Counted from the stretch's first letter, positions 36,610 to 46,330 are shown. The stretch is 64,000 bases of DNA from Nitrospira japonica (GCA_020723105.1 DYJL01000008.1:10564-74563); one strand, 5' to 3'. Made by a program: numbers and translations. The notes: generated by a model not told the origin, from the letters alone.

Positions 36610-37263
36610 CTATTCTGCAGCGCCTGCTTTTTTGAGGAGCTGTACTATATCATCATGGCCGTTCTGAGCAGCATATATTAACGCAGTACCGCCAAAGTTA
36701 TTTTTCAGATTCACATCAGCTCCTTTATCAAGTAAGGCTTTTACTATGTCGTCATGGCCCTCCTGAGAAGCGATGAACAGGGCTGTTCCGCCGTTATTAG
36801 TCCTTGCATTTACATTGGCGCCTCTGTCCAGCAGTACTTTCACAACATCGCCATAAGCTGTAGCAGAAGCAAAAATCAAAGGACTTTCCCCATTACTGGC
36901 TTTTGCATTTACATCCGCGCCATGATCCAATAAGGTCTTCACAATTTTGACATGTCCTCTGGAAGAAGCAAACATTAAAGCGGTTGTGCCCTTATTGGCT
37001 TTTGCATTTACATCCGCGCCTTTTTTAAGCAGGACCTCAACTATTTTGTCATGGCCTTCCAGGGAAGCATACATCAGGGCTGTTATGCCGTTACTGTTTT
37101 TTGCATTCACATCCGTCTTATTATCCAGCAAAGCCTGCACGCCGTCGTAGTCGCCTCTGAGAGCGGCTTCAGTTAATGTTGTCGTTATTTGCCGGCTGGT
37201 TGCACAGTTAATGAATAATATTGATAACAGCATTATTGACAGCATCTTTAAAGTTCGCAGCAT
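36610..37263 (-). CDS. Secreted ankyrin-repeat protein
   Basis: A signal peptide precedes at least 5 ankyrin repeats (TALMYASLEGHDKIVEVLLKKGADVNAK...). Confidence 0.8.
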   Translation of the reverse strand: MLRTLKMLSIMLLSILFINCATSRQITTTLTEAALRGDYDGVQALLDNKTDVNAKNSNGITALMYASLEGHDKIVEVLLKKGADVNAKANKGTTALMFASSRGHVKIVKTLLDHGADVNAKASNGESPLIFASATAYGDVVKVLLDRGANVNARTNNGGTALFIASQEGHDDIVKALLDKGADVNLKNNFGGTALIYAAQNGHDDIVQLLKKAGAAE

Positions 37264-37320
37264 ATTAATATCTCCATACCTTTATATATCACAATTGGCC
37301 TGATGAAACCAGTTAAATTT

Positions 37321-38730
37321 TTACTTTTCAAGTTTTCCGATAATCCGGTCTTTATCAGCCAGAATTCCCCTTGTGCTGATGAGCACGTATGCCGTATCGT
37401 TCTCAACAGCGCATTGAATTCTGTACCAGGCTCCAAGGCTCCTGACAAAGAGGCCGAGAAAGACAAACAAACATGCAAAACCCACGAGCCAGACCCCGGG
37501 GTCCTTTCTGTAACTCAGAACAGAGCCTTCTTCATAAGCCTTAAATTCAAAAACAACATCTTTTGCTTTAAGCCGTTCGCTGAGCCTGATTTCCCCAAGC
37601 GCCTCTTTTTCTGAAGGCTTATCTTCGGGTGTGTAATAAAGGGTGGTAAGAGGAGTTATTTTTTCTTCTGAACCGTCTTTCTTGAAAAGGGTCCCTGTCT
37701 TTAAATGGTCCACAAAAAACTTCCCTTTTATATCTTTAATCTGAAAAGGCACCCGCGCCTCTGCTATAATTTCTTCTCCATTTACCAGTAAGTTAACCTT
37801 CTGTTCATAACCCATCTGATAAAGCGTAAGAGCTCCGGTCCTGAAGGGTTTGTTTACCCATAATCTTGCATCAAGTATTTCGCCATCAGGTTTTTTTACA
37901 TCGAGATGCGTCAGCCACATCCTGGGCATGTAAGAGAACCCTTTTGTCGAGGGCTCAAGTTTCTTCAGTCCCACACCAAGTTTAAATTTTTCCATCTTTT
38001 CCTTCGGATAATCTATCTTCAGTCCCTGATAATATTCGGTGCGAAACTCTTTAAGAGTAAGAAGGTATTTATCTTCTGCTGTTTCTTCCCGCACTTTCAT
38101 GCCGAATTTTCTGACGTATTGGTTCCACCTTGTTTTGCTGCTGCGAAGTGATATCGTGTCAGGTTTGCCGGGATAAAGAACTATATAATTTTCAAATGCA
38201 AATAACGCTGTCAGGAAAAAACCTGCAATGGCCAGTATTATTCCGATGTGATAAAACCATGAAAGCCACCAGAAGGGCAGGCCTTTCTCAAATATCTTTA
38301 CAGCAGGATGTGGATAATTTTGAATCTCTGCCTTCAGTTTGAATCCGATATTTCTCAGGCGCTTTTCGATATCAATATCAGTGGAAGGCGCAGATGAGAA
38401 GGTATGCTTGAAGGTTACAACATTCGGATTTATTTTTAAGCTCTCAAATTCAACCGGCTTTCTCTTAATCTTTAAGTATATCTTAAGCCTGTCATACAGG
38501 CATACTGAAAGATTTACAATGAGAAAGACAGTAGAGATAATAAACAGAGGCGACATGAAGATGTCGAGAAAATCCAGGGCTCTTACAAAAGAAACATATT
38601 TCCCGCCAGCTTTTATATAGTCTTCAATTTTTTCTCCCTGTGGAAAGATAGTGCCTGCCAAAAAAATGAGGCTCATAACTATAATGATATAGACAGAGGT
38701 TCTGAGTGACGAAAAGAACTTATACAGCAT
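37321..38730 (-). CDS. ccsB: Cytochrome c biogenesis protein ResB/CcsB (system II)
   Basis: The ResB-like N-terminus (FFSSLRTSVYIIIVMSLIFLAGTIFPQ) is followed by a large periplasmic domain and a C-terminal TM. Confidence 0.75.
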   Translation of the reverse strand: MLYKFFSSLRTSVYIIIVMSLIFLAGTIFPQGEKIEDYIKAGGKYVSFVRALDFLDIFMSPLFIISTVFLIVNLSVCLYDRLKIYLKIKRKPVEFESLKINPNVVTFKHTFSSAPSTDIDIEKRLRNIGFKLKAEIQNYPHPAVKIFEKGLPFWWLSWFYHIGIILAIAGFFLTALFAFENYIVLYPGKPDTISLRSSKTRWNQYVRKFGMKVREETAEDKYLLTLKEFRTEYYQGLKIDYPKEKMEKFKLGVGLKKLEPSTKGFSYMPRMWLTHLDVKKPDGEILDARLWVNKPFRTGALTLYQMGYEQKVNLLVNGEEIIAEARVPFQIKDIKGKFFVDHLKTGTLFKKDGSEEKITPLTTLYYTPEDKPSEKEALGEIRLSERLKAKDVVFEFKAYEEGSVLSYRKDPGVWLVGFACLFVFLGLFVRSLGAWYRIQCAVENDTAYVLISTRGILADKDRIIGKLEK

Positions 38731-39619
38731 ATGTATGCATACTGGGAATGTCCAGAAGTTTCACAAGCCAGTTGACTCCCAGAAAAGTCATTATCATACA
38801 GATGAAACCTATTATATTTAAAACCGAAGCAGGCCTGTCTTTCCATCTGCCGATGGTCTTTGTGTGAAGATATATAGCGTAGACAGTCCAGGTGATGAGG
38901 GACCAGGTCTCTTTCGGGTCCCAGGACCAGTATCGGCCCCAGGCGTCATTGGCCCATGCAGCGCCTGAGAAGATTGCAAATGTAAGAAAGGGGAAACCGA
39001 GGAGGACAAGCCTGTGAGTCCATCTGCGGAAGTGTTCGTCTATAATGCCGAAGGCCCTTCTATTATTATGTTGCAGGGACCAAGCAGCTTCGCTCCCTTT
39101 TTTTATTCCGAACCCCAGATAACACACCTCTACTGAGAAACTTACAACAAAAACTGCATATGACAGAAAGGCTGCTATCACATGCACCTCATACCACGGA
39201 CTTTGAAGAGGAGGAGGCACAGGAGCTATTACAGGGTCGCGGCTCAGCAGGCTGTAAAGACATGCTGCCATTGAGATGCCCGCAACAATGAATCCGGGCA
39301 AGTGTACATTTTTCCATCTGCTCTGAGCATACAGGTAAGTTGCGCTTGCAAACCACGCAAACCATGAAAGCGTTTCATATAAGGTCTGAAAAGGCGGTCT
39401 CATCCCCTCGACAGTCCTGAACAGAATGAGTATTGTATGGAGAATTACAGTTATCCAGAGGCCTCTTGTAAGCGTTCTGCCGAGACTTTCTTTTGATGAA
39501 AGCAGATATGCAAGGCCGGTTATAAAACAAATTCCGTAGAGTAATGCAACAAGCCAGAAGAGTTTAAGTTCAAGGCTCAAAAGCAGTGCATCCCGTGAAA
39601 GTAACTGTTCCGGCGTCAT
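38720..39619 (-). CDS. ccsA: Cytochrome c biogenesis protein CcsA/ResC (system II)
   Basis: The WWD domain W-x-WDPKETWSLITW is present and the protein is polytopic. It overlaps ccsB by 11 nt. Confidence 0.8.
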   Translation of the reverse strand: MTPEQLLSRDALLLSLELKLFWLVALLYGICFITGLAYLLSSKESLGRTLTRGLWITVILHTILILFRTVEGMRPPFQTLYETLSWFAWFASATYLYAQSRWKNVHLPGFIVAGISMAACLYSLLSRDPVIAPVPPPLQSPWYEVHVIAAFLSYAVFVVSFSVEVCYLGFGIKKGSEAAWSLQHNNRRAFGIIDEHFRRWTHRLVLLGFPFLTFAIFSGAAWANDAWGRYWSWDPKETWSLITWTVYAIYLHTKTIGRWKDRPASVLNIIGFICMIMTFLGVNWLVKLLDIPSMHTYAV

Positions 39620-40971
39620 GGGTTAAAATCTTCCTTAAGGCGTGTCTTTTCCTGGTCTGCCACGACGACAAGAACAATATTTTCAGGTTCGAGATATTTT
39701 TTCGCAACCCGTAAAACATCTTCTTTTGTCACGCTGTTTATATAAGAAGCATATTTATCAATATAGTCCGTTCCAAGTCCGTAGTATTCAACTGCTAATA
39801 GAAAGCTGGCTATACGTTGGCCTGTTTCCAGTCTCAGGGGAAAACTTCCGGTCAGAAAGGACTTTGCATCAGACAGTTCTGTGTCTGATACCGGCTTGTC
39901 TCTGAGCATCTTTATTTCTTTCAGGATTTCCTCTATTGCTGTATTGGCAGATTCATTTTTAGTCTGAACGCCGACTTCAAAAAGGCCCCCATATTTATTT
40001 GCATCAAAAAAACTGTGAATATCATAAGCGAGACCTTTTTCTTCTCTTACATTCTGCATAAGCCTGGACTCAAAGCCGCCTCCGCCGAGGATGTAATTCA
40101 TAACTGATATAGCGTAAAAATCAGGGTTGTCTCTGCTGACACCTGCGTGCCCCATTATAATGCTGGCCTGAGACAATTCTTTATCTACTGAAATAATCTT
40201 TTTCCCCTTAGCTCCCGCTGAAATCAGGGAAGTGGAACCTTTAATTTCTTTTTTATGCCATTCTGAGAAATATTGTTTAAGCAGATGTTTCACCTCTTCT
40301 GCTGTTATATCTCCTACAACAGACATTATTGCATTGTTGGGAGCATAGTATGCAGAATGAAAATCAGCAATATCGTCTTTATTAATCGTATCGAGTGTTT
40401 CTGGGGCGCCCTGAATCAGTCTGCCGTATGGATGTGTGCCAAATACTGCTTTCTTAAATTCCCGTGAGGCAACAAATTCAGGATTCTCTTCCTGGGCCTT
40501 TAAGCCGCCTTTTATGCGTTCTCTTTTTTTGCTAAGCTCATCTTCCGGAAATGAGGGGTTGAGGATTATATCTGAAAGCAGTTCGAAACCAAGGGTGATA
40601 TCTTTTTTCAGAATGGAAAGAGATACCGTTACATAATCATCATCTGCAGAGGCTCCAAGTGAGGCCCCTACAAATTCTGTTTCCTCGCTGATTTGGCGGG
40701 AAGTTCTGTTTTTGGTTCCCCCTGTCAGGAGACTCGCAGTAAAGTTGGCAAGGCCTGCCTTTTTTTCAGGCTCGATTATGCTGCCTGCCTTGACAGCAAC
40801 AACGACTTTGACTATGGGAAGGTTATGCTTTTCAACAGTCATAAGCGTTAGCCCGTTTTCGAGTACTTCTCTTTTGAGGTCAAGGGCATAAGCATCAGTA
40901 AACAGTGAACAGTGAACAGTAAACAGTAGAAAAACAGTAACGAGTATTATTCCCGGCTTCTCACTCCTCAC
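39616..40971 (-). CDS. M16-family peptidase, non-catalytic partner subunit
   Basis: The M16 fold is present, but the HxxEH position reads GLANFTASLLTGGT, so it has no zinc ligands. It overlaps the upstream M16 gene by 4 nt. Confidence 0.7.
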   Translation of the reverse strand: MRSEKPGIILVTVFLLFTVHCSLFTDAYALDLKREVLENGLTLMTVEKHNLPIVKVVVAVKAGSIIEPEKKAGLANFTASLLTGGTKNRTSRQISEETEFVGASLGASADDDYVTVSLSILKKDITLGFELLSDIILNPSFPEDELSKKRERIKGGLKAQEENPEFVASREFKKAVFGTHPYGRLIQGAPETLDTINKDDIADFHSAYYAPNNAIMSVVGDITAEEVKHLLKQYFSEWHKKEIKGSTSLISAGAKGKKIISVDKELSQASIIMGHAGVSRDNPDFYAISVMNYILGGGGFESRLMQNVREEKGLAYDIHSFFDANKYGGLFEVGVQTKNESANTAIEEILKEIKMLRDKPVSDTELSDAKSFLTGSFPLRLETGQRIASFLLAVEYYGLGTDYIDKYASYINSVTKEDVLRVAKKYLEPENIVLVVVADQEKTRLKEDFNP

Positions 40972-42335
40972 TTTTCACTCCTCACTTTCACAGGGATCAG
41001 GATTCCAACTGTTCGTTTATCTTCAATGAGATATTTCCGGGCCACGCTCTGAACATCAGCAGGGGTAACCTTTCTTATCCCTTCAAAATATCTGTCTTTT
41101 AGTTTCTGGTCTCCGAGCATCTCAAACATCGCTACAATTTCTGCCTGAAAGAAAAGAGAATCCTGCCCCATAAGAAAACTCGCCTCAATCTGGTTTTTTG
41201 CCTTCTGAACTTCACGTTCACTCGGCGGTTCTTTTTTGATTTTTTCAACCTCTGCATATAAAGCCATTTCAACTTCGTCAAGCGCTTTGCCCGGTAAAGT
41301 TGTCGCATCAAGATAGAAAAGCGAAGGGTACTTTCCAAGACTGCTGTAGGATGCGTCTGCTGACAGAGCGATCCGCTTTTCATCAATTAAACTTTTGTAG
41401 ATCCTTGAACTTTTTCCACCTGAAAGCACACCAGCCAGCACCTCAAGAGCGAAGCTGTCATCATTGAAGATATTTGGAGCCTTATAGGCGCAAAGCACAT
41501 ACGGTAATTCGGCCTCCTTTTTTACATACAGCCTTCTTTCTCCCATTTGCTCAGGTTCTGCAATATCGGGATTCCTTATCTCTTCCCCCTTAGGAATGCT
41601 GCCGAATTCATTTCGGATCTTTTTCATCAAAGAGCCTGTGTCAATATTGCCGGCAATAATAATTGTTGCATTATTCGGCACATAATGTTTCCTGTAATAA
41701 TTATAGAGGTCCTCTCTCGTTATTCTCTGTAAATCCTGCATCCAACCGATTACAGGCCATCTGTAAGGAATATTTTTAAATGCAGTTGAAATTACCTCTT
41801 CATATACGAGGCTCTGAGGGTCGTCTTCATAACGCATTCTGCGCTCTTCCATTACGACGTCTCTCTCTGCGAGTGTCTCCTTGGGATCCATTATTAAATT
41901 GCGCATCCTGTCTGCCTCGAGTTCTATTGAGAGATGCAGTTGGTCCGGTGCGAGCTTCTGATAGTAAAATACATAGTCTCTGCTTGTTCCTGCGTTATCA
42001 ACCCCGCCGGCTCTGCTGATAATTTTTGAAAACATCTTTGGGCCATGTTTGGGAGTGCCTTTAAACATCAGGTGTTCAAGCAAATGACTGAGCCCTGTCT
42101 TGCCGACCTGCTCATTGATCGAGCCTGCGTTGTACCAGATCTGAAAAACAGCAAGAGGCGCATTCGGGTCTTTAAGGGCATAAACTTTAAGTCCGTTAGG
42201 GAGTATTTCTTTGTAAAGCGCCCCGTTTTTTTCGGTTGTTACATTAGTAACCGGATGAGCACAGTTAAAGACGGCAAACAATAGCGGCAACAACATAATG
42301 ATGAAATATTTTTTCATTGTCATAAATGCTAACAA
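40968..42335 (-). CDS. M16-family zinc peptidase (inverzincin), catalytic subunit
   Basis: The inverzincin motif HLLEHLMFKGT is present. A signal peptide starts from M7 (MKKYFIIMLLPLLFAVF), so the true start is probably 42317. Confidence 0.8.
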   Translation of the reverse strand: MLAFMTMKKYFIIMLLPLLFAVFNCAHPVTNVTTEKNGALYKEILPNGLKVYALKDPNAPLAVFQIWYNAGSINEQVGKTGLSHLLEHLMFKGTPKHGPKMFSKIISRAGGVDNAGTSRDYVFYYQKLAPDQLHLSIELEADRMRNLIMDPKETLAERDVVMEERRMRYEDDPQSLVYEEVISTAFKNIPYRWPVIGWMQDLQRITREDLYNYYRKHYVPNNATIIIAGNIDTGSLMKKIRNEFGSIPKGEEIRNPDIAEPEQMGERRLYVKKEAELPYVLCAYKAPNIFNDDSFALEVLAGVLSGGKSSRIYKSLIDEKRIALSADASYSSLGKYPSLFYLDATTLPGKALDEVEMALYAEVEKIKKEPPSEREVQKAKNQIEASFLMGQDSLFFQAEIVAMFEMLGDQKLKDRYFEGIRKVTPADVQSVARKYLIEDKRTVGILIPVKVRSEK

Positions 42336-42427
42336 AAATAAAGTTATAGGTCAATTATGCTTCATTCCAAAAAAAGGGGGCAGCCAGGAAATCCCGGCTG
42401 CCAGGACGGAGGAAGTGAAAAATATAT

Positions 42428-42799
42428 TTACCAGCACCTGCAATTGCTGCATCCTTTCATGGCAGTGTGCGGGGCTTTTTCAGAAATCTTTTCCTTCAAG
42501 GCTATAATGTCTTTCTCGAGCATTGACAGTACATCAGGAGATGTCCTGGAATCACGAACGGCCTCACGATATTCAAATTTCTTGTCATGAAGCTGTTTTC
42601 TTAAGTCTTTTGTTTCATTAAGAAACTTCTGATCTAACATCGGTTGGCACATTTCTGTCATTTCATGCATCATGGCGGATCCGCAGCCATGTTTCATCAT
42701 ATTATCCTGCCCCCCTTTGTGCTCAGGGCCATGTGCAAAAACAAGCGCTGCAAATGCAAAGAGTGATATGACAGCTATTGTGATGAATATTTTTTTCAT
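42428..42799 (-). CDS. Periplasmic Met/His-rich protein, Spy/CpxP/ZraP-like
   Basis: A signal peptide is followed by the HGPEHKGG...MMKHGCGSAMMHEMTEMCQPM metal-binding-like stretch. The C-terminal helical LxxxQ-type region is LRKQLHDKKFEYREAV. Confidence 0.45.
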   Translation of the reverse strand: MKKIFITIAVISLFAFAALVFAHGPEHKGGQDNMMKHGCGSAMMHEMTEMCQPMLDQKFLNETKDLRKQLHDKKFEYREAVRDSRTSPDVLSMLEKDIIALKEKISEKAPHTAMKGCSNCRCW

Positions 42800-42963
42800 A
42801 GTATCTCCTTTTTAAGTGGTTTTTACTGATTTGTTGATAACATGTTACCTGATAACTTTGAAGAGAAAATGAATAAAATATGAAGATTATGTGAAGATTG
42901 TGAGTCCATGATATTTTTTTGCCCGGATGAAATGATATACTATTGTCCTGTCAGCTAAATATC

Positions 42964-43064
42964 TTTACAGCTTTGTCATTCCGAGCGAAGCGAGGAATCT
43001 CGTAGTGAGATTGCTTTGGGATTTCGTCCCTTGCAATGACAGTGTAAAGAACTGTTACGGACAG
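42964..43064. repeat. REP-family-A palindromic element (mirror copy of 16211-16301)
   Basis: The sequence is CTTTACAGCTTTGTCATTCCGAGCGAAGCGAGGAATCTC-GTAGT-GAGATTGC...CTTGCAATGACAGTGTAAAGAACTGTTACGGACAG. The terminal 21 nt is the reverse complement of 16211-16231. Confidence 0.6.
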
Positions 43065-43104
43065 CACACTAGCCAAAAATAATTTTAGAAGGAGTTATGA
43101 ATAG

Positions 43105-43686
43105 ATGAAAATAACCAGAACTGCTGCCGGCATGGTTGTTATTTTATTTTCCCTCGGCATATTTCTGTCCGGATGCACAAAGGATAAAAGCAATCATGAG
43201 CTTACTGAAAAAACCCCAATTGCTGAATTAATGGCAGCAATGAATATCAAGCATATTACACAACCAACAGGCGCCCCTGATTTTGAGCTGTTTTCTGTAA
43301 AAGGCCAAAAGGTAAGTCTCAGTCAATATCGCGGCAAGGTTGTTTTACTGAGTTTTTGGTCTACATGGTGACCCTGGTGCAGGAAGGAGTTGCCTTCCCT
43401 GGAAAAGCTTAATCAGATTTTCAAAAACGATAAATTTGTACTTTTAGGTATTGATATAGGAGAAAACAGAGACACCGTCTTAAGCCAGGTTCAGCAATAC
43501 GGGCTTACTTTTGATAATTTACTGGATGAAACAGGTGAAGTTAGCGCTGGTTATGCAGTCCGTTCCACCCCGGTGAAATTTATTATTGATGCTAAAGGAA
43601 ATCTGATTGGGTTTTCACTTGGCTATAATGAATGGGATAGTAACGAGATGCAGTCCTTAATCCGGCGGTTAATGGAGGCAGGCTAA
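43105..43686 (+). CDS. TlpA/ResA-like thiol:disulfide oxidoreductase lipoprotein, selenocysteine in active site (UxxC)
   Basis: Lipoprotein signal ...FLSGC is present. The thioredoxin-fold context VVLLSFWSTW-TGA-PWCRKELPSLEKL puts the TGA at 43369-43371 exactly at the first Cys of the WCxxC motif. ORF 43390-43686 is in the same frame and continues the Trx fold. A SECIS-like hairpin lies 9 nt downstream. Confidence 0.7.
43380..43401 (+). other. SECIS-like hairpin downstream of UGA in tlpA-like gene
   Basis: CAGGAAGG-AGUUG-CCUUCCCUG forms an 8-9 bp stem with a one-nt bulge and a 5-nt loop containing GU. Confidence 0.45.
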
Positions 43687-44015
43687 TAAATAGACCTGAT
43701 ACGCCCTGTTCGGCGGTCAAAAATAATAATATCGACTATTCCTATTTCATCATATATTCTGGCTCTGATAAATCTCTCACCTCTTTTCTCGAGCATAACA
43801 GACAGTCCTTTTCTATTATAGTAGTCTTTTAAGGCCTTCTCAGCATCGTAATCAGTCATTACTGTATTACAAGTGCCGTAGTCCACGCATTTTTTTGGAC
43901 AGGAATCACCATACGGAGTTACCGGTTTACCTCTGGGCCAGGCATAGGTGTCTGAAACTGAAAAGCATAACAATGATACGGACACAATCAGTATGGAGAA
44001 GATAACCTGTTTCAT
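43683..44015 (-). CDS. Small secreted hypothetical protein
   Basis: A 110-aa protein with an N-terminal signal peptide (ILIVSVSLLCFSVSDTYA) and a Cys-containing mature part. It is convergent with, and overlaps by 4 nt, the tlpA-like gene. Confidence 0.4.
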   Translation of the reverse strand: MKQVIFSILIVSVSLLCFSVSDTYAWPRGKPVTPYGDSCPKKCVDYGTCNTVMTDYDAEKALKDYYNRKGLSVMLEKRGERFIRARIYDEIGIVDIIIFDRRTGRIRSIY

Positions 44016-44058
44016 TTCTCAGCCTTCATGCTATTAATCATCAAACATCTATTTAAAA

Positions 44059-44081
44059 TCTTTCAGTTGACATGGCAGCCT
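44059..44081. repeat. Family B minimal/solo-TIR remnant
   Basis: GACATGGCAGCCTGTTCCATGTC consists of the left-arm start and right-arm end only. Its downstream flank (AAACAAAGTTCGCCATGAAT) resembles the flank of the 34612-34772 copy (AACAGAGTTCGCTATGAAT). Confidence 0.4.
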
Positions 44082-44175
44082 GTTCCATGTCAGCAAACAT
44101 TTAAACAAAGTTCGCCATGAATTTATTATACGATAACAAAACAACTTGAAGAAAATATGAATTCATCTACGACAA

Positions 44176-45531
44176 TCAAAATATAACGGTGAATTTTGAC
44201 CCTTCAAGGGGTTTGCTTACAACATCTATTTTACCGCCCATTACCTCAGTCAGTTCTTTTACTATGGCAAGCCCCAACCCTTGTCCGGACGACTCCCGGC
44301 CTTTATAAAATCTTTCAAAAATCTTTGAAAGGTCTTCATGTTCAATTCCTTTCCCTGTATCTTCAACACTAAGGTAAAACCCCTCAATATTATCCTGTCT
44401 GTGTTTTCCCCATCGTATGGTTATCATCCCCTGCTCCGTATTTTTATAAGCATTTGTCAGCAGATTCTTTAAAATGATATGCAGCTTTTCAGGATAGGTT
44501 TTTACAGTAATTGAAGGGCCGCTGGTCATTAAAGAAAGCCCTTTTTCTTCAATCAGCTTTCTCATTCCTTCGGCTGCTGCTTTTACAAATGCTCCGAGTT
44601 CGATTTCTTCCACATCCCCTCTTTTAAAAAAACTTGCCTCAGCCCGTGTCATATCCTCTATCCCTTCAACAAGAGAAATCATCCTGTGGACTTCTGAATT
44701 TATGTTTTTAATTACTTCATGAAGATCTGAAATTACTCCATCTTCAACTGCTTCGAGATTCCCCTTGATAATAGTTAAAGGCGTTCTTAACTCATGTGTA
44801 ATATTGGATGTAAGATGCTTTCTTAACAGGTCCTCCCTTTTAAGCGCCTCAGCCATAAAAGTGAAAGTTTCTGTCAGTTTGTCAATCTCGTCTTTATATT
44901 TACGGGGCTTCTTTGGTGTCTGGATAGTAAACTCTCCTCTCGCTATTTTTTCGGCGGCAGACGTTAAACGTCTGACAGGTGTAGAGATCAATACAGTAAA
45001 CAAAATTGATAAGAACAAAGCTCCAGCACTGGCTATCAGGAAGGAAATAATAAGAAACTCCCTTCCTCTTTTTCTGAATATTTCTTCCTTGAGCGGAATG
45101 GCTCCGAGTCTTTCAAGTGGCCTTATATACAGTTTGCCTATTTCGTGGCCTTCGACGTATAGCGGATACCATGTAAAGTCTCCTTTTCCTGTAGGCAGTT
45201 TCAGGAATGAATGCATTCTGTGCAGCATGTATGAATCCATTAAAAAAATAACATCGGTAGACGATAGTATCCTGCTGCCGGAGGAATCCTCCAGATAACT
45301 CTCGAAACCGAGCATTAAACCCCAGTGGAGCGTTTCATGGAGGGTAGCATGATGCCAGATGCCGTTTTTATAGCTTCCCTCTATAGATGCCAGAATCCAG
45401 TAGATATGATCCTCTTTCGTGCCTTTAACAAAGACCTCGAAATCTTTCATGATAAGTTTTTCAAAAACGATGTTTGAGAAGAGGGCGAGAAGGATGATGA
45501 ATATGAATGCAAAAAATAATTTAGTCCTCAT
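44176..45531 (-). CDS. Sensor histidine kinase (TM-HAMP-HisKA-HATPase)
   Basis: The H-box NITHELRTPLT and N/G-box LLTNAYKNT...GQGLGLAIV are present. The start is set at MRTKLFFAFIF (TM1). The longer 45606 start would overlap the RR gene by 86 nt. Confidence 0.8.
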   Translation of the reverse strand: MRTKLFFAFIFIILLALFSNIVFEKLIMKDFEVFVKGTKEDHIYWILASIEGSYKNGIWHHATLHETLHWGLMLGFESYLEDSSGSRILSSTDVIFLMDSYMLHRMHSFLKLPTGKGDFTWYPLYVEGHEIGKLYIRPLERLGAIPLKEEIFRKRGREFLIISFLIASAGALFLSILFTVLISTPVRRLTSAAEKIARGEFTIQTPKKPRKYKDEIDKLTETFTFMAEALKREDLLRKHLTSNITHELRTPLTIIKGNLEAVEDGVISDLHEVIKNINSEVHRMISLVEGIEDMTRAEASFFKRGDVEEIELGAFVKAAAEGMRKLIEEKGLSLMTSGPSITVKTYPEKLHIILKNLLTNAYKNTEQGMITIRWGKHRQDNIEGFYLSVEDTGKGIEHEDLSKIFERFYKGRESSGQGLGLAIVKELTEVMGGKIDVVSKPLEGSKFTVIF

Positions 45532-46231
45532 CAGGCTGACCGATAAATTTATATCCTGCGCCGTAAACTGTTTTGATATACGAGGGGTTCCTTGGATCTT
45601 CTTCAATCTTGTGGCGGATATTCTTTATATGCGCATCAATGGTCCTGTCGTATCCTTCAAAGTCATACCCCAGGATTACATTAACAAGCTGCAGTCTTGA
45701 GAAGATTTGCCCGGGATGTTCTGCAAGGCATTGCAAAAGCTTAAACTCAGTAGGTGTGAAAGTAACGGGTGAGCCGTCTTTTCTTATTTCAAAACGGAAA
45801 GAATCAATAACAAGGACGCCGTTATTAAAACTTATGCTCTGTTTCGATCCTTTGAATCTTCGCAATAATGCCTTAACTCTTGCAACAAGTTCTCTCGGAC
45901 TGAAGGGTTTAATTACATAATCATCAGCGCCCATGCCGAGGCCTTTTATCCTTTCCTCTTCTTCACTCTTTGCGGTTAACATAATGATAGGTATGTCGGA
46001 GTCTTTACGGATGGTCTGGCAAATGTCCTCTCCATCCATATCCGGAAGCATGAGATCGAGGATTATAAGATCAAATCCTTCCTTCAGCGCTGATAGGGCT
46101 TTCTGTCCGGTATGTGCAACTGTTACCGTAAAACCCTCTTTTTCAAGATAGGCTTTCACGATACTTGCTATTTTTTCTTCATCATCAACGACGAGTATTC
46201 TGCCCCTGTGCATGGTAAAATGATACCACAA
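45521..46231 (-). CDS. OmpR-family response regulator
   Basis: The REC domain (ILVVDDE...DLIILDLMLPDMDG) is followed by a winged-helix domain (LTPTEFKLLQCLAEHPGQIFSR...VYGAGYKF). Confidence 0.85.
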   Translation of the reverse strand: MWYHFTMHRGRILVVDDEEKIASIVKAYLEKEGFTVTVAHTGQKALSALKEGFDLIILDLMLPDMDGEDICQTIRKDSDIPIIMLTAKSEEEERIKGLGMGADDYVIKPFSPRELVARVKALLRRFKGSKQSISFNNGVLVIDSFRFEIRKDGSPVTFTPTEFKLLQCLAEHPGQIFSRLQLVNVILGYDFEGYDRTIDAHIKNIRHKIEEDPRNPSYIKTVYGAGYKFIGQPDED

Positions 46232-46235
46232 AAGA

Positions 46236-46300
46236 GGGCAGAAAGTAGGGGGGGTGAAGAAAGGGAATAGTGTGTAGGGAAGTATGGGGTAGTCTCGATA
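46236..46300 (+). promoter_or_regulatory. G-rich TAGGG-type tract upstream of yggS
   Basis: The plus strand reads AGGGCAGAAAGTAGGGGGGGTGAAGAAAGGGAATAGTGTGTAGGGAAGTATGGGGTAG, ending about 30 nt before the ATG at 46331. Confidence 0.35.
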
Positions 46301-46330
46301 CTTGTTTATCTTGTAAATAAAAAATCGAAA

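Noticed and set aside
16211-43064. CRISPR array formed by the recurring GTCATTGCGAG repeats
   Set aside because: Copies are dispersed over 27 kb, occur in both orientations as hairpin pairs, and have no regular spacer periodicity. They are a REP/MITE family, not CRISPR.
45532-45606. Long N-terminal extension of the histidine kinase (start 45606) overlapping the response-regulator gene by 86 nt
   Set aside because: The internal Met at 45531 begins the first TM helix and reduces the overlap to 11 nt. The long form is unlikely.
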